Assembly (NCBI RefSeq): GCF_006345805.1
Contig: NC_043011.1
Span: 51,410,464-51,474,463 of the forward strand
Direction of reading: 5' to 3'
DNA: 64,000 nucleotides
Source of the DNA: Octopus sinensis
Lineage: Eukaryota
Of the stretch, positions 12,441 to 26,424 are shown piece after piece (the first letter of the stretch is position 1; the number at the start of each line of letters is the position of its first letter). The notes under the pieces are model-generated. The model did not search any database. It saw only the letters and a program-made list of their open reading frames with translations, and was not told the DNA's origin. Position numbers and translations under genes: made by a program.

Positions 12441-13200
12441 AAGAAAGGAAGAGCATATTTGCATAATGTGGCCCTGGTTGTACAGTGCATAGGGACAAAA
12501 CTAGAGGGGTCATGGTTGGAAGGGCTCTGATTACAGGTCTGCTCCATTATGGCTGATATAGGCTAAATAACAACATTAACAACATTGTGATTGCCTTTTG
12601 ATGGTGAAGTCAGAGTTGGGGCAGATTTCATGAAATCAACGAATAAATCAATAAAGGTATGGGGTGGGGTGAGATTAGTTGGGTGGGTGAGTGTTGAAGA
12701 GAAAAGAGGAGGAAATATTGACAGTGGGGAAGAGAGGGAGCAAGAAATGACAGCACATACAAAAAAGGAAACTCAAAGTGAAATGAAAGTAACAGAAAGC
12801 TAAGAGCATGGGTGGGAGGAAGGATGAAGTGAAGAAGGAAGATAAGCTTCAGCAGCAGTAGCAGCAGCTGTGGTGGTAGTGGTGGAGGTAGTAGTAGTAG
12901 TGGTAGTAGTAGTAGTAGTAGTAGTTTTTCAGAGTCTCAAGAGTGAAGAAGTTTGTGAAGTGTTTGTCACTGGCATCATCGTCGGCATCGTCATCATCAT
13001 CATCATCATCATCCTCGTCATCCCCATCATCACCATTGTTTCTGATGTTACCAAAACAAGAAGAAAGGATGATTTCAAAAATGACATCTTTACATCTGTG
13101 AACCGAATAAAACAAGCTTTGAGATGGAGCTAACATAGTTGTAGTATATATTAATGGCAACTTATTGATTTGTGGCTGGTATAAGTTAGTCATTGTCTGA

Positions 13201-13251
<51 letters not shown>

Positions 13252-13924
13252 GAGTAACTATATATATATCTAAAGTATGTATATATAATGTATATATATA
13301 TGTATATGTTTATATATATGTGTGTGTGTGTGTATATATATATACCTATATATATATATACACATATATACACATTAAGTATAACTGTATACATATAAAT
13401 TGTATATTATATTATATCATATTATATAATATCATATCATATCATATTATATTATATATATAGCTCATTGGATCCTGTTGAACTATCTAACACATGCTAG
13501 AATGGAAGAAAGAAGCTAAATGATGATGATTATGATGATGATGATATAGATAAAGTGTGTATATAAAAAATTCCATTACAAAATGTTGACACACTCAGTT
13601 ATTAAGGTTCTAAATACTGGACTTTGTACCTTTGACCTTTACATTGCCAGAGCAAAGGATTAAATCCAATAAGACGAAAAACAGCTAAATACAAACATAT
13701 CCAGGGCCTACCTAACAAAGGGACACACTTGCTTACAAAGCTCTACATACATGAATGAATTCTAAACAATAACATAACCCCAAATTTAATCAATGAAAAT
13801 TTCCCCAAAACACCTAGTCATAACAATCCACCCTAAAACCTAATTACCACCCCACTCAACCCTACACACCTAAGGAAGACTTTAATCCAACAGAAACTAT
13901 ATAAAGCCAAGATAAACTCTCAGG

Positions 13925-14554
13925 CACTTCAGTTCATCATTGGTGTTACAAGGGGTTTTGTTGGTCTCTTGCTCAACTACACCCCCACATAATAATCAAG
14001 GGGGTTGCAGTCTGGGGAGTTAGGTGGCCAAATGTTAGGGGTGATATGGTTGCAGAAATTGTCTGACAGTCATGACTGGGTTCTCCTGCTTATGTGGCAT
14101 AGTGCAGAGTCCTGTTGCTAGACATAGGGTTTTCCAGCAGCCACCCTCTTGACTCATGGAAGCATTACCTCCTCCAGGCACTTGATGTAGGACTCCGTGT
14201 TGAGTCTAAGGCCATGTGGGAAAATGAATGGAGGTATAATGTCACAATCATTAGTGATCACTCCAGACACCATAACTACATGTTTGATATTTATCAGTCT
14301 TGATACATGTCCTCAGATTGACATGTAAACACTTTGAAATATTCATATCGGAAGTTCCAGTATGAATGCCAAGCAGTACAGCATGTCATTTCCAAATTTC
14401 TGGCAGTGTGAATTCCGTCATGGTACTGTTTTTCTCACAGACAGTGCCCAACTGACCTTACTATACTGTGTAGTCGCCAAAATCAAAAACAAGCAATGTG
14501 TATGCACGAAATTAAAAATATAAAATGGTGACAATTTACCCATCGCACCCTGTA
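13925..14554 (-). mobile_element. Internally deleted DD37D (maT-type Tc1/mariner) transposon
   Basis: TA-cagggtg TIR at 14554; N-terminus MTEFTLPEIW; catalytic remnants PPFIFPHGLRLN, YV*QQDSA, ITPNIWPPNSPDCNPLDYYV; stops and frameshifts. Confidence 0.85.
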
Positions 14555-14760
14555 TATATGTACATAGAAACATACAAATATGCATACATATATTTAAAAC
14601 TATATACAACATCGATATTCTGTTTTCCTCTTAAATGAAATAAAATCCCTTCTGTTAGGCCCAAAAAATATATGTATCTATCTATCTATCTGCCTATTTG
14701 TCCGACCGTCCGTCCGTCCATCCGTCTGTCCATCCATCTATCTCTCTCTCTCTCTCTCTC

Positions 14761-14855
<95 letters not shown>

Positions 14856-14909
14856 TTATATATATATATATATATATATATTAATGTTTGCTTTTATGCG
14901 GAGTTATAA

Positions 14910-15125
14910 TGGTTTCAAATTTTGGTGCTGAGTCAGCAGTTTTTGAGGGGAGAGGGGAAGTTGATTACATTATCCAGGTACTTGACTGGTACTTGTTTTA
15001 CCAACCCCGAAAGGATGAAAGGCAAATTTGAGCTTGGTAGAATTTGAACTCAGAATGTAAAGATAGATGTAATACTGCTAAGCATTAAGTCTGGCATGCT
15101 AACAATTCCGCCAGCTTACTGACTT
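14910..15125 (-). mobile_element. SINE family A
   Basis: accccgaaaggatgaaaggcaaa...gaatttgaactcagaa...ccgccagct. Confidence 0.75.
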
Positions 15126-15233
15126 GTGTCAAATTTAAAATAACATGTTAATTATTCTTTAAGAAGAAGATTGTTGATAGTGACTTTGAAGTCATTGTCA
15201 ATTCTGCTCTTGTAAGAAATAATAAATATATGT

Positions 15234-15271
<38 letters not shown>

Positions 15272-15879
15272 GCATGCAGGTATATGCTGCTGCACTGATC
15301 AATAGCTAAAGCAGAAACAGTTTATTCTAAATGTCTTCCAAACAGCTTTCATACAGAAAGGCAATTCCAACACCCAGTGGCAAGAGTATGATTTGAAGTA
15401 GCAAGGAGGTTTGAAGATGGAACTGAAAATGAACAACATGACAACGTTATGGAAGGAAGATTTAATTATCAGAATACAAGGAGTCATGATTTATAACTTT
15501 CACTTCTGGAAGCTGGATAAAAGTACTAGTTACAACTCATGAGCAACGCACAGCTAACACCATCATACTTTACAACTTCATATAAATTTCAAGCCATGCC
15601 ATTCTTGATGGTACTTCATGGTCATTACACATACATTTCAAAGCCAAGATTCCAACATAAACTTTGATTTGCCTTTATAGTAGTAGAAAATCATTTGATC
15701 CTGAACCATTGCTGATCCTGTATATAGCACGAGTACTCGTTAATCCTTTTTGATACCAATCCACTTAAGACCACCAATAGTTCTATGATACAAACTTACT
15801 GTTTTAAAGTGATCTAACTTAAAACTTTCTATCAAAATTCCTTGTTAATTTCTGCTTCAAACACTTTTGTTACTATAGT

Positions 15880-16167
15880 GGCCCCATCCGATCGTGGCCG
15901 TTGCCAGCCTCGCCTGGCCCCCGTGCCAGTGGCATGTAAAAAGCACCATCTGACCATGGCCGTTTGCCAGCCCCGTCTGGCACCTGTGCCGGTGGCACGT
16001 AAAAAGCACCCACTACACTCACGGAGTGGTTGGCGTTAGGAAGGGCATCCAGCCGTAGAAACATTGCCAGATCAGACTGGGCCTGGTGCAGCCTTCTGGC
16101 CTCCCAGACCCCAGTTGAACTGTCCAACCCATGCTAGCATGGAAAGCGGACGCTAAATGATGATGAT
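15880..16167 (+). mobile_element. Family B element
   Basis: Near-identical to 5021 copy. Confidence 0.85.
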
Positions 16168-16787
16168 TTCTGTTAGCATATGCTGCTTTTGTTTTTTAGA
16201 AATAGATATTTTTTAAAATAATGAATTTAGTAAAATAACTTTCTAATTAGTAAGTTGGGGTCAGAAAAACAATTTAGCATAAAATTTTGATGGAAGATTA
16301 TAATTCAAACCATTTGGAAACAGAAAGTTTATGTCATAGAACCTAGGGTTTTCCCAGGTGTATTGGTAACAAAAGGGATAAAAATAACAAAATATTTTAC
16401 TAAATTCTTCATTGTTTTCAAAATTAATGGAGGCAAAGCATTTCCACAGGAATATGGCAGCAAAAGGATTAAAGTGGACCATAAATACTATTCAACTACT
16501 CAAGCATTTAGAACTATATTTACCAAATAAATACAACTACTTGTCCATCATTGTATCTCCACCCCTCTCTCTCTCTCTTTGTTTTTCTTTCCCCTGCCTC
16601 CAAGGGGTATACCAGTCACTGCTCTTCTAAACTTACTGACTGCTTACTGCCACTGATAAAATCAGCTTGATTGGCATTTCCACTAATCACCATGCTAAAT
16701 CTTTCCTCTCTAGAACATCATCCTTTGTAACCCCACCACCTCAACCTTCCTACACCATCGACATTTTCCCTGCAGGTGTTGGCTTAC

Positions 16788-16933
16788 AGATACTCAAACT
16801 GAACATAAGCCACATCAATATCATCAGTCTCAGAGGGACAGTAAATGTCATAGATACTGCCAAACTGAACATAAATTGTACTGATCTCACCCAGTCTCAG
16901 AGGGCCTTTGAAGGTCCTGGGTATTATCTCCAT
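16788..16933 (-). CDS. Candidate exon or pseudogenic fragment with RRM-like motif
   Basis: Strong acceptor ttttttgatttctag (exon start 16944), ATG at 16933, open frame to a GTAAGC donor. Encodes MEIIPRTFKGPLRLGEISTIYVQFGSIYDIYCPSETDDIDVAYVQFEY, which resembles the SR-protein RRM pattern G.I.D.Y.P...AYVQFE. Contains an internal ~65-bp duplication. Confidence 0.3.
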
Positions 16934-17094
16934 TCCTCACTGAGCTAGAAATCAAAAAACAATGTTCTGTTTCATCCACAAGTAAAGTTATTTGGGAAAA
17001 GCTGGTTACTGATCCAAAGAAAGTCATTGTCTGCAACCATCTGACATTAGAGAAATGGGACTTAATCACTAGACTAATTAATTACAGACACCAC

Positions 17095-17340
17095 CACCAT
17101 CCATTTGACATCCACATTTCCATGCTTCTATGTGATGGATGAAATTTATTGTAGCAGATTTTCTATGGCTAGATGCTCATTCTGTCACCAACTCTTATCT
17201 ATTTCCAAGTAAGGTAAATATTTCCCTATGACCAGATATGGTCTCACTGAATAGTGGAAATGAATGAAACTGCTTATGTTACAGTGACAATCATTTACAA
17301 CAATCTCACGATGACAAGACAAGGAGACACAAACACACAC
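17095..17340 (-). mobile_element. RTE-tail non-autonomous element (family F)
   Basis: ccacatttccatgc...tttccaagtaaggtaa...gacaagacaaggagacac; copies at 1-125, 29280-29520, 53365-53605. Confidence 0.75.
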
Positions 17341-17384
17341 ACTCACCCACACATATACCTACATATATACATATGTTATAACGA

Positions 17385-17665
17385 AAACAACAAATCTTGA
17401 ACAACCATCTTTCAACTTTTAGACATCATAAGAGGCATTCAACTACCCTTTTGGCTTCAATCAGGAAACTTAAAAACAAAGGGATTAAATACAATGCCAA
17501 ATGGAAAATCCTTTCCAAAACCAAATCCTATATCAACAGGTCAAAAAGATGTTTAATGTGTTCTCTTGAAAAACTATATCTCTCGAAGAATTTGAGAACC
17601 TCAACAACAATGTAAATTCCAGAAATTAGGTTTTTCTTCATGTCTTCATTTTAAGAAATACATCT
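17385..17665 (+). mobile_element. Penelope-like element, GIY-YIG endonuclease C-terminal fragment
   Basis: NNHLSTFRHHKRHSTTLLASIRKLKNKGIKYNAKWKILSKTKSYINRSKRCLMCSLEKLYL fits the PLE pattern NH..SF...ST.L...I..LK....Y...W.IL......SKRC.LC..EK. Confidence 0.8.
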
Positions 17666-18029
17666 TGGTGGAATTTAAAAATAGGCCACTGAACACATTG
17701 TAAAGCATTAATATCTTCTTTACACTTTTTTCGGACACTTGTTTATTGTAACATTGGTTATCTTGCCCAGTGCTTTTCTTTCTGTCTTCTTTCTTATGAG
17801 CATTCCCTATTCCAATGTGATCTGCTTTAAAAAGCAACTGACAAACAGTCTTGTTCTCAGCTTGAAAAATAATGAAATAAATTACTGTTTTGGCAACAAA
17901 ACCCTGGGTAACTGAATTTTAGAAGACTTAGGGTTTTTATTATGACATTATCTTTACTCTCTTGCTGATCGAGTGCTATTCTACTTGCTGAAGCCTTACC
18001 ACATAATAAGCCTCACTACACAATATAAA

Positions 18030-18080
<51 letters not shown>

Positions 18081-18269
18081 TGGACTTCTTTTAGTTTCTA
18101 TCTACCAAATCCATTCATAAAGCTTTGGTTAGCCCGGGGCTATAGCGAAAGACACTTGCTCAAAACCTCTTACCACACAGCCTTGCACCTACAGTAGGAA
18201 ATAAAGAATCATAGTGAGCATTACTTGGGAAAATATCTTTTCATAAATTATTTCAGGTGTCTATATAGT

Positions 18270-18530
18270 CATGGACAGACATATACAACCCTTTGGTCCT
18301 CTCACCAATTTGACCCACTGGAACATCTAAGATGTGATGGCTGGGGTAAGAGAAGTGAGATGGCTGTACCAGTACTCAGTAGGTACTCACTTTCAGCTGA
18401 GTGGATTGACGCAACATGAAATGAAGTGTCTTGCTCAAGGACAAATACGATGCCACCTGGTCAGGAATCAGACTCATAATCTCAGGATGATGAGCCCTAA
18501 CACCCTAACCACTATGCCACATACCTCCAC
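18270..18530 (-). mobile_element. tRNA SINE with Meta/V-like block; related copies at 5400-5645 (-) and 61670-61900 (+)
   Basis: aagtgtcttgctcaaggaca = reverse complement of tgtccttgagcaagacactt. Confidence 0.6.
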
Positions 18531-19094
18531 ATAGCAGGAAATGCCAATTAATAATTACAATTGAGAGTTTAATAAAGATTAGATGTTAAGAACAAAAAAT
18601 ATGTAAGAGAAACCATTGTGAAATAATTGAAAATGACTTTCCATAGCCTATAGCCATTAATCTTATTAGTTATCTACTCAGTAGTAGGAGCAGGAAACTA
18701 ATACTCCAAATTCTACCCCAAAATAGATTATTTTATAAGCAAGTGTTGAAACCTAATAGTAAGGTTATGGTACTGGACTAGTCACCAGACTGTCATGTGT
18801 TCAAACATCACCATTTACTACCGCGAATACATGGAACTTGTGAGCAAGGTAGGTAACCATGGCTGGATCTTGCTGGTGGGGAGGGGGTGGATAAAATAAA
18901 AACTAATTTCATACTGTAACTAATTTAATTGACTATCTTCTCCACTCCTGACCCCCCCCCCACCACAACAATTGTCTTTCAGTTAATGAGAGAACTTCTA
19001 CATGACTGTTTGATCTGCTAATAATAACACCCAGCCACAGTTTCCTCAGACAAGTCCGTCTGTCTGTCTCTCTCCCACTCTCTCTCTCTCTCTC

Positions 19095-19141
<47 letters not shown>

Positions 19142-19179
19142 TATATATATAGCAGAAGTAAGTCAATTCTGAAACATTA

Positions 19180-19400
19180 TACTACCATGTCTTGTTGTGG
19201 TCACCAATTAATGACTACAAGAACCTACTGGACATGAGAGGAGCATACACCAAATCTAGAGTCACCCTGTTAGGGTTGTCCTCAATAAAAGAAATACAAA
19301 GAATGAATATCCAGAGTGGCGGATCTGTAACTGAAAACCAAGTGTTTGATCAGCTAACCCCATGCTACAGGTCTATTTTGGGCACAGTTCACTTGCAGAG
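19180..19400 (-). mobile_element. Probable CR1-type AP-endonuclease remnant
   Basis: SVTD...EDNPNRVTLDLVY....LIGDH, similar to PD....LLDL.L....LG.SDH. Confidence 0.4.
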
Positions 19401-20328
19401 TGGAACAAAAATGGAAGGTACACAACAATTGTTCTTGTACCAAATCCAAAGAAAACAATGCCTTTTTTTTTTTTTACATCATTTGATTATGTTTTCAAGC
19501 AATCAAAATTGTGAACTGTCTTTCAAAACATCAAAAATGAAGAGTGTTTAGACATGAAACACACTGACACTCATTGTCTATAGAGTGTATCAGTTATGCC
19601 ACAGGTCTATCAGGTTTTAAACAAAAAAAAATCCCTACCCCAGTGGAATGCTGCCTTAGTTACGGGAGCATTTAACTAGGGTAGTAATGAGTACGACAGC
19701 AATAATTTTAAGAAACAAATGAGGATTGCAAATTAAAGTCAGTCTTGTTTTTTAAAACCCTGAACCTTACAAAGGAGATGACTAAGGACAGAGATATGTA
19801 ATGCAAAGCACTGGTGATGGTGCAACAGAAAAAAAGCACCCAGTGCATTCTGTGGAGTGGTTGGCATTAGGAAGGGCATCCAGTCACTGAAACCAAGTCA
19901 AAACAGACTATGGAACCTGGTGTGGTCTATAGCCTTGTTAGTTCCCGTCATGCCATCCAACCTATGCCAGCAAGCATGGAAAACGGATGTTAAAGGATCA
20001 TGATGATGATGATGATACATGACTGATTCTTTTATCCTCTTGCACATTCCAATCATTAAACTGCAGTCATACTGGAGCATATTATTAAAAGCTATGTGAC
20101 ATGAGACAAAACCACATTAAATGTGCACTTCTCTAATTATCCAACAAGACATCTGCAGTGGATTTGAGCTTCAGATCTTTTAGCTTTTGTCTAATGTCTA
20201 AGCTGTTTGCAAGTACTACAGCCAGACAGTTCATGTCTGATATTTAAACATCAAGAGGAGTCATGTGACTGTTTAAAAACAGATATTCAAACAAATTGTA
20301 TGCAAATACCTAAATTTAGTAAACTCAC

Positions 20329-20344
20329 ATCCGACAAACTCATC
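20329..20344 (-). CDS. Candidate 16-nt microexon (DEFVG or MSLSD frame)
   Basis: tttttcccatgctag|GATGAGTTTGTCGGAT|gtgagt: near-consensus acceptor and donor, same strand as the 2814-2948 exon. Confidence 0.3.
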
Positions 20345-21190
20345 CTAGCATGGGAAAAATAATTAAAAAAAAAAACAAAACAAAAAAAAAAACAAGAAGA
20401 AAATAAAAGGAAGTTATGAAGTTGTAAACCAACTTATATTTACATAATAAATTACTGATCTTGAATCCTTTGGGAGTTTCGCCAAAAATGAGAATTAAAT
20501 TATTTATAAAGTACATAATTACTTTCACTAATAATATAGAAGTTGTGTGTTACTTTCAGTATATAAAACAACAAAAATAAAGTCTACAAGTGTTACACCA
20601 CCTTCACAGTTGGATGGCATTATATAGAGGAAGCAGGTGCAAAAATACCTGATTTTAAGAAAATATATAAATTTCTAAATGCTGCAGTGTATACTATGTA
20701 TTTATAATTACTGTATAACTACCACAGCACACACAACATATGGACAACTACCACACTATACAATATATACATAACTACCTCACAACACACAACTACCATA
20801 TAACTTCAACATTACTCATACGATACAACCACTACACTACACATAACATACACCTACTACATAACATATACATAACTACCACATTACACAATACACACAC
20901 AACTACCACACTACATACACATAATTAAAACACTATTCTATACATAATACACATGGCACAAACATATAACTGCCATAATACACATGAAACAAGCACCCTA
21001 CGCAACATTTTTGTAATTACTGTACTTCACATCTAAAACTAATACATCATACTATTAGCTACCACATAATCATACTACCATACATATTCCTAACTACCAA
21101 ACTATACACTCACAGGTACCACACTATATATTATACAACATTAACTACTACATTACACAATATACTGTTAACTGCTATTCTTTCAGCCAA

Positions 21191-21420
21191 GGCAGCGAGC
21201 TGGCAGAAATGTTAGCACACCAGGCAAAATGCGTAGCCATATTTTGTCTGCTGCTACGTTCTGAGTTCAAATTCTGCTGAGGTCGACTTTGCCTTTCATC
21301 CTTTTGGAGTCGATAAATTAAGTACCAGTTATGCACTGGGGTCGATGTAATCGACTTAATCCATTTGTCTGTCCTTGTTTGTCCCCTCTGTGTTTAGCCC
21401 CTTGTGGGTAGTAAAGAAAT
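21191..21420 (+). mobile_element. SINE family A
   Basis: Near-full-length match to 2553-2790. Confidence 0.85.
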
Positions 21421-21453
21421 ATATACTTTCAGCCATTGAAAGAGCCTCTACAG

Positions 21454-21696
21454 CAGTGATTCTCAACCACTTTTGTCTATGGATCCCTTTGATTCCTGTT
21501 CTACTCTACTGGGCCCCCATGTTTAAAAAAATCATATTTTATTTTTATAATCAAATATTATTAGGAATTGTATAAAAGAATTGTTTAAATATTTTGTGTT
21601 TTATAGAAATATAACCAATTTATTGCATATCAATTTTAACAACAAAATCTTATATGAATTTCCAAGGTCTGTATGGACCCCAGTTGAGAACCACTG
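21454..21696. mobile_element. hAT/Charlie-type MITE
   Basis: TIR cagtgattctcaac / gttgagaaccactg; 8-bp TSD ctctacag / ctctatat. Confidence 0.85.
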
Positions 21697-21917
21697 CTCT
21701 ATATGATCACTCAAACTGCTAGAAATAGCAGTTAACTTTCCCTTGACTCACATGCTATCATATTAAATGGGGTGGGACACACTGAATAATGTAATTCTCA
21801 ATGCACTTTCTCTGAATAAATACAGGTTGGTCATAACCGGACTGCATTTGATGACAGATCTGCTTGATCATCAGATGTGTCTTGGGGATAAACATTGTCA
21901 CCTACAATGGAGTGATG

Positions 21918-21976
<59 letters not shown>

Positions 21977-22599
21977 TGTGGTTTTTGTGAATAACAACAT
22001 CATTGGTCATGTGTTTTTAATGGATCAATCATCAGTGATAGTGTCTGTGCAACTTGAACAAATACTGTAGGGAATTTTTGTTTGAAAGCACCAGCTTGTC
22101 AGTTTTCTTGGCAGTGTTTACATTCTTCACTGACATGCGTTGGAATTGAGTTCAAATTCTCTTCTAAACAACATTGTAGAGAGCATGCATCTATGTTTGT
22201 GTTGAATATATGTGTGCCTGTATATATCTTTATATGTAAAACTGTGTGTATATGTGCATTTGGATATGTCATTTGTGTGTTGTATATTTTTGGTGTTAAG
22301 CCTTATGTCAATCCAAGCATCCAGCAGACCCATAATTACAGATCTGATTATAATCAAAGGGATTCCAGCAACATCCATCATGCCCTTTCTTTTATGGAAG
22401 ACACAAGGATGTGAGCAAGGTAGATTTGGCTGCTATTTCTAGCAGGTTGATTAAACATGGAGTGATTCTCTTGTAAGCTCACATGCATGTGCCAAGCATA
22501 TGTATGCATGCTTACTGTGCATGTATATATAAGCATATACATGTAGGTGAGGTATATGTGCATTTTATAGGAGTATGACAATCACAAGTATATATTTAT

Positions 22600-23240
22600 G
22601 CACGAACACTCATGTATACGCACACACACACACATATGCAAATATATATCCGCGTGTCCCCCCCTCCTTCCCTCTGTGTTCCTTGCCTATAAAACAAATT
22701 CCTTTACACGTGGTTACCACTATTGAAAAGACTGCCTCCTCACGCGCTGCTACTACACTTTCGTCCTTGCCATCAAAAGGCTTCTTCGTTCGTGCCCTTG
22801 TGTGGTGTAATTTCCTGTATAGTATTCTTGTTATTTTCTCGTTTTGTAACTAATTGTACTTTTTGTACATGTATTTTTATTTTTGCAGTTTTATTGTTTG
22901 TCTATGCCAGAAAAACAGGCTTTTTTCGTTCGTCCTCTTGTGTTTGTTTTTGTACATGTATTTTAATTTGCAGTCTTATTGTTACGTCTGTTTGTGTTCG
23001 TACTCATTGTGCCCCGCTGCTTGAAATTTTATTTTAATTCTTCTCGCAGGAAGGCCTATGGATTAGTGTTCTGTTATGCCTTCGAAACATGCCTGACTCC
23101 TCTAGCGACAGCTGATGACGGGGGTTTTGTCCTTGTGTAACCTGTCCTGTATTTGGTTTTCGTTTTCCGTTTTCTTGTTTTTTGTTTTTGGCTTTTTCTG
23201 TTCTACGTCTTATTTGATGTCCTGTACTTCCGTATAATTA
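22600..23240. mobile_element. Unclassified CpG-retaining repeat, possibly a Penelope-like terminal region
   Basis: gaaggc..gccttcGAAACATG hairpin and ctgatga motif; shares GAAACATGYC-TG...CAGCTGA with the reverse complement of 47140-47195. Confidence 0.35.
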
Positions 23241-23322
23241 TTTATATATGCATGTATATATACATGTAGATGTAGGTACGTACATATATGTTTGTATGTA
23301 TGCATATATTTTTTTTTTATCT

Positions 23323-23362
<40 letters not shown>

Positions 23363-25764
23363 TGCACACTTAAAACATACCATGCTTTATCAGTGTATAG
23401 GGGCAAGAGTGGTGTGAAAAATACAAGTACAAATAATCATTCTGTATGCATGTGTGCATGTGTGTGTGCATTTATACATACATATAAAAGTAAACACATA
23501 AATGCATAGAATATACATATTTTTATGTGCATACATACATCTATGAACACACACACACACACACATATACATATTCATAAATTCCTGTGTATATGTATGT
23601 GTGTATATATATATATATGTGTATTGTATGTGTGTATATATATTTATATGTGTGTGTATTGTATGTGTGTAGTGTCTTCCTAATCTGCCAAACGATAATT
23701 CAAAATGCATTAAAAAGTCTAACAGAAACAGAACCAAAAAATAACAACCAAAAATAAAAAAAAAACAAAAACAAAACGAAAATGGATTGACGAGGAAATC
23801 AGTACAAAGACTGAACTGATTCCATCATGATGAAATGTTTACCGAAGAGTCAAAGATGGTAAGCTGAATGAAGCTGGGAAGCTGGAAACCTGAAGATACT
23901 GAAAGGGATGATGAGGTGTGCTGTGGGGTGGGTGGGTGGGTGGAAGATTAAGGTTAATCTTTGTTGATAAAATATCAGCGATATTGTTGATTTCTACCAC
24001 TGCACTGCCACTAGCACCACCACCACCCCACCACCACCACCCCACCACCACCGCCACCACCACCACCACCACCACCACCACTGCCACCAACAACAACAAC
24101 AAGCTACCCCACTACCACCACCACCATGAGTACTGACACCAGCACTAACACTGCAATCACCACTACCAGCACTGCTACCACCACCACTGCCACCACCACC
24201 ACCAACAACAACAAGCCACCCCACTACCACCACCACCATGAGTACTGACACCAGCACTAGCACTGCTATCACCACTAGCAGCACTGCTACCACCACCATT
24301 ACAATCAACTGCAAACAACACTCAAACGCCACCATCACCACCAACAAAACCATCCTCCACTAGCAGCACCTCCCCACCACCCATCATAAGCTACAAACAG
24401 CAGCACCACTATCCTAACTACCTCATCTTTCACCACATCCTACCACTATCCCCCATTAACAGCACTGCCATTACCAAATCTTCACCACTACTTCCACAGT
24501 CATTATTGTCAACAGGCGTCCACAGTTCTTTTTTTTTCCAAACGTTTTCTGTCTTCTTCATATGGCATTTCCTCTGTCTATGTGCTCTGAGTTCAAATTC
24601 TGCTAAGGTTGACTGTGCTTTTTATCCTTTCAAGATTGATAAAAATAAGTACCAATCAAGCGTTGGGGGCTGATGCAATTGACTTCCCCTCTCCCTCTAA
24701 AATTTCAGGGCTTGTGCCAATAATAAAAACAAAATAGAAGTTAAGTACACTGAGGGGATGGAACAATATAATCAGCTGTTCCTTTCTCCCAACTTTATGG
24801 CCTGTGAACAATTCTAGACATCAATGCAGATAGTTTGATTAGCGTTTTTTTTTTTTTCTGCAGGAGATGCCCAAAGAGTGACAATAGTACCTAATACACA
24901 CTTGTCCAGTGTCTGTACATTACTGATTTGGGGTTTATGTACAACAGCTATTATCATGTGAAGCACGAATCTGGTATTAGCTGGTCTATAGTGAAAATCA
25001 ACCCACAGAAGAGTAGGTAGACTTCTCCTGTTTCGCAGCTACAGTGAAGGAAATTGAAAGGTTTGAAGCCAGAACTCTTCCCTTTCAGGCCAAGCCCTTG
25101 CCAACTTCTTCAAGTACCAATTGATAAGGTGATGGTAGTGAGAGAAGTGATACCTCCAAGTAAATTCCATAAAAGGTGGGTATGAATTGTGAAATAAGCA
25201 TGGTTTAATGGACTCACTCTGTGGAGTTGAAGGCTGGAAGCAAGAACTAGGAGAAGGCATTTGCCGTAGGTGTATCAGGATAACCAGGGGTTTTAAATGG
25301 GGTATCCCAAATATATGTGGTTGCCTTACCATTTTGTGGACACTTTCTTGCTCTTATTTTATTGTTATTGATCATTTATCCTTTTTACTTAATGTAAATC
25401 CATTTTTCTTGTATTTCATTCTTCATATTCCCCCTAACATTTTGAGCTCCTGTGATAAATAAAAGAAGTCGTTATCTAGCCAGTGGATTCCAGAATCATT
25501 AATGAGCTGGAGAGATTTCCTTGTAGTATTTAGTTATGTCCCTTTACATTGAAATCCTGCCAATGTCAACTTTCAGGAGTCAATAAAATAAAGTATCAGC
25601 CAAGTACTGGGGTTGATGGCTTTCAGCCTTTTATTATTACTATTATTATTGCCTTTCAACCTTTCAGGGTTGATTAAATAAAGTACCAGTCTATGATTAA
25701 TCATCTCTCCTTAAAATTGCTGACCTTGTGCTTAAATTAGAAACCATTATTATCATTTTATTAA

Positions 25765-26193
25765 GGGGGCAAACTGGCAGAATCATTAGATACCAGGCGA
25801 AATGCTTAGCAGTATTTTGTCTACCGTTACGTTCTGAGTTCAAATTCCACCGAGGTCGACTTTGCCTTTCATCCTGTCGGGGTCAATAAATTAAGTACCA
25901 GTTAACGCACTGGAGTTGATGTAATTGACTTAATCCCTTTGTCTGTCCTTGTTTGTCTCCTCTATGTTTAGCTCCTTGTGGGCAATAAAGACATAAGAAT
26001 CGTTAGCACACCGGGTGAAATGTTTAGCGGTATTTTGTCTGTCGCTACGTTCTAAGCTCAAATTCTGCCAAGGTCAACTTTGCCTTTCATCCTTTCAGGG
26101 TTGATAAATTAAGTACCATTGGAGTACTGGCATCAATTTAATCAACTTAACCCCTCTCCCAAAATTTCAGGCCTTGTGCCTATAGTAGAAAGG

Positions 26194-26227
<34 letters not shown>

Positions 26228-26335
26228 TATTATTATTATTAAGGCGACAAGCTTGCAGAAATTATGCCAGGCAAAATACTTAATGGCATTTCATCTGTCT
26301 TTTATGTACTGAGTTCAAATTCCACTGAGATTGAA
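25765..26335 (+). mobile_element. Three tandem SINE family A copies (full, near-full, partial)
   Basis: Repeated gagttcaaattc/gcctttcatcct blocks near 25835, 26055 and 26310. Confidence 0.8.
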
Positions 26336-26382
26336 ACCATTATCATCATCATCATCATTATTATTATTATTAATTATTATTA

Positions 26383-26424
<42 letters not shown>

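Noticed and set aside
19240-19350. Exon-like VTDPPLWIFILCISF frame
   Set aside because: Better explained as a CR1-type endonuclease remnant with in-frame stops on both sides.
23889-23904. CTGAAGA-TACT-GAAA minimal hammerhead-like string
   Set aside because: No supporting stems I or III.
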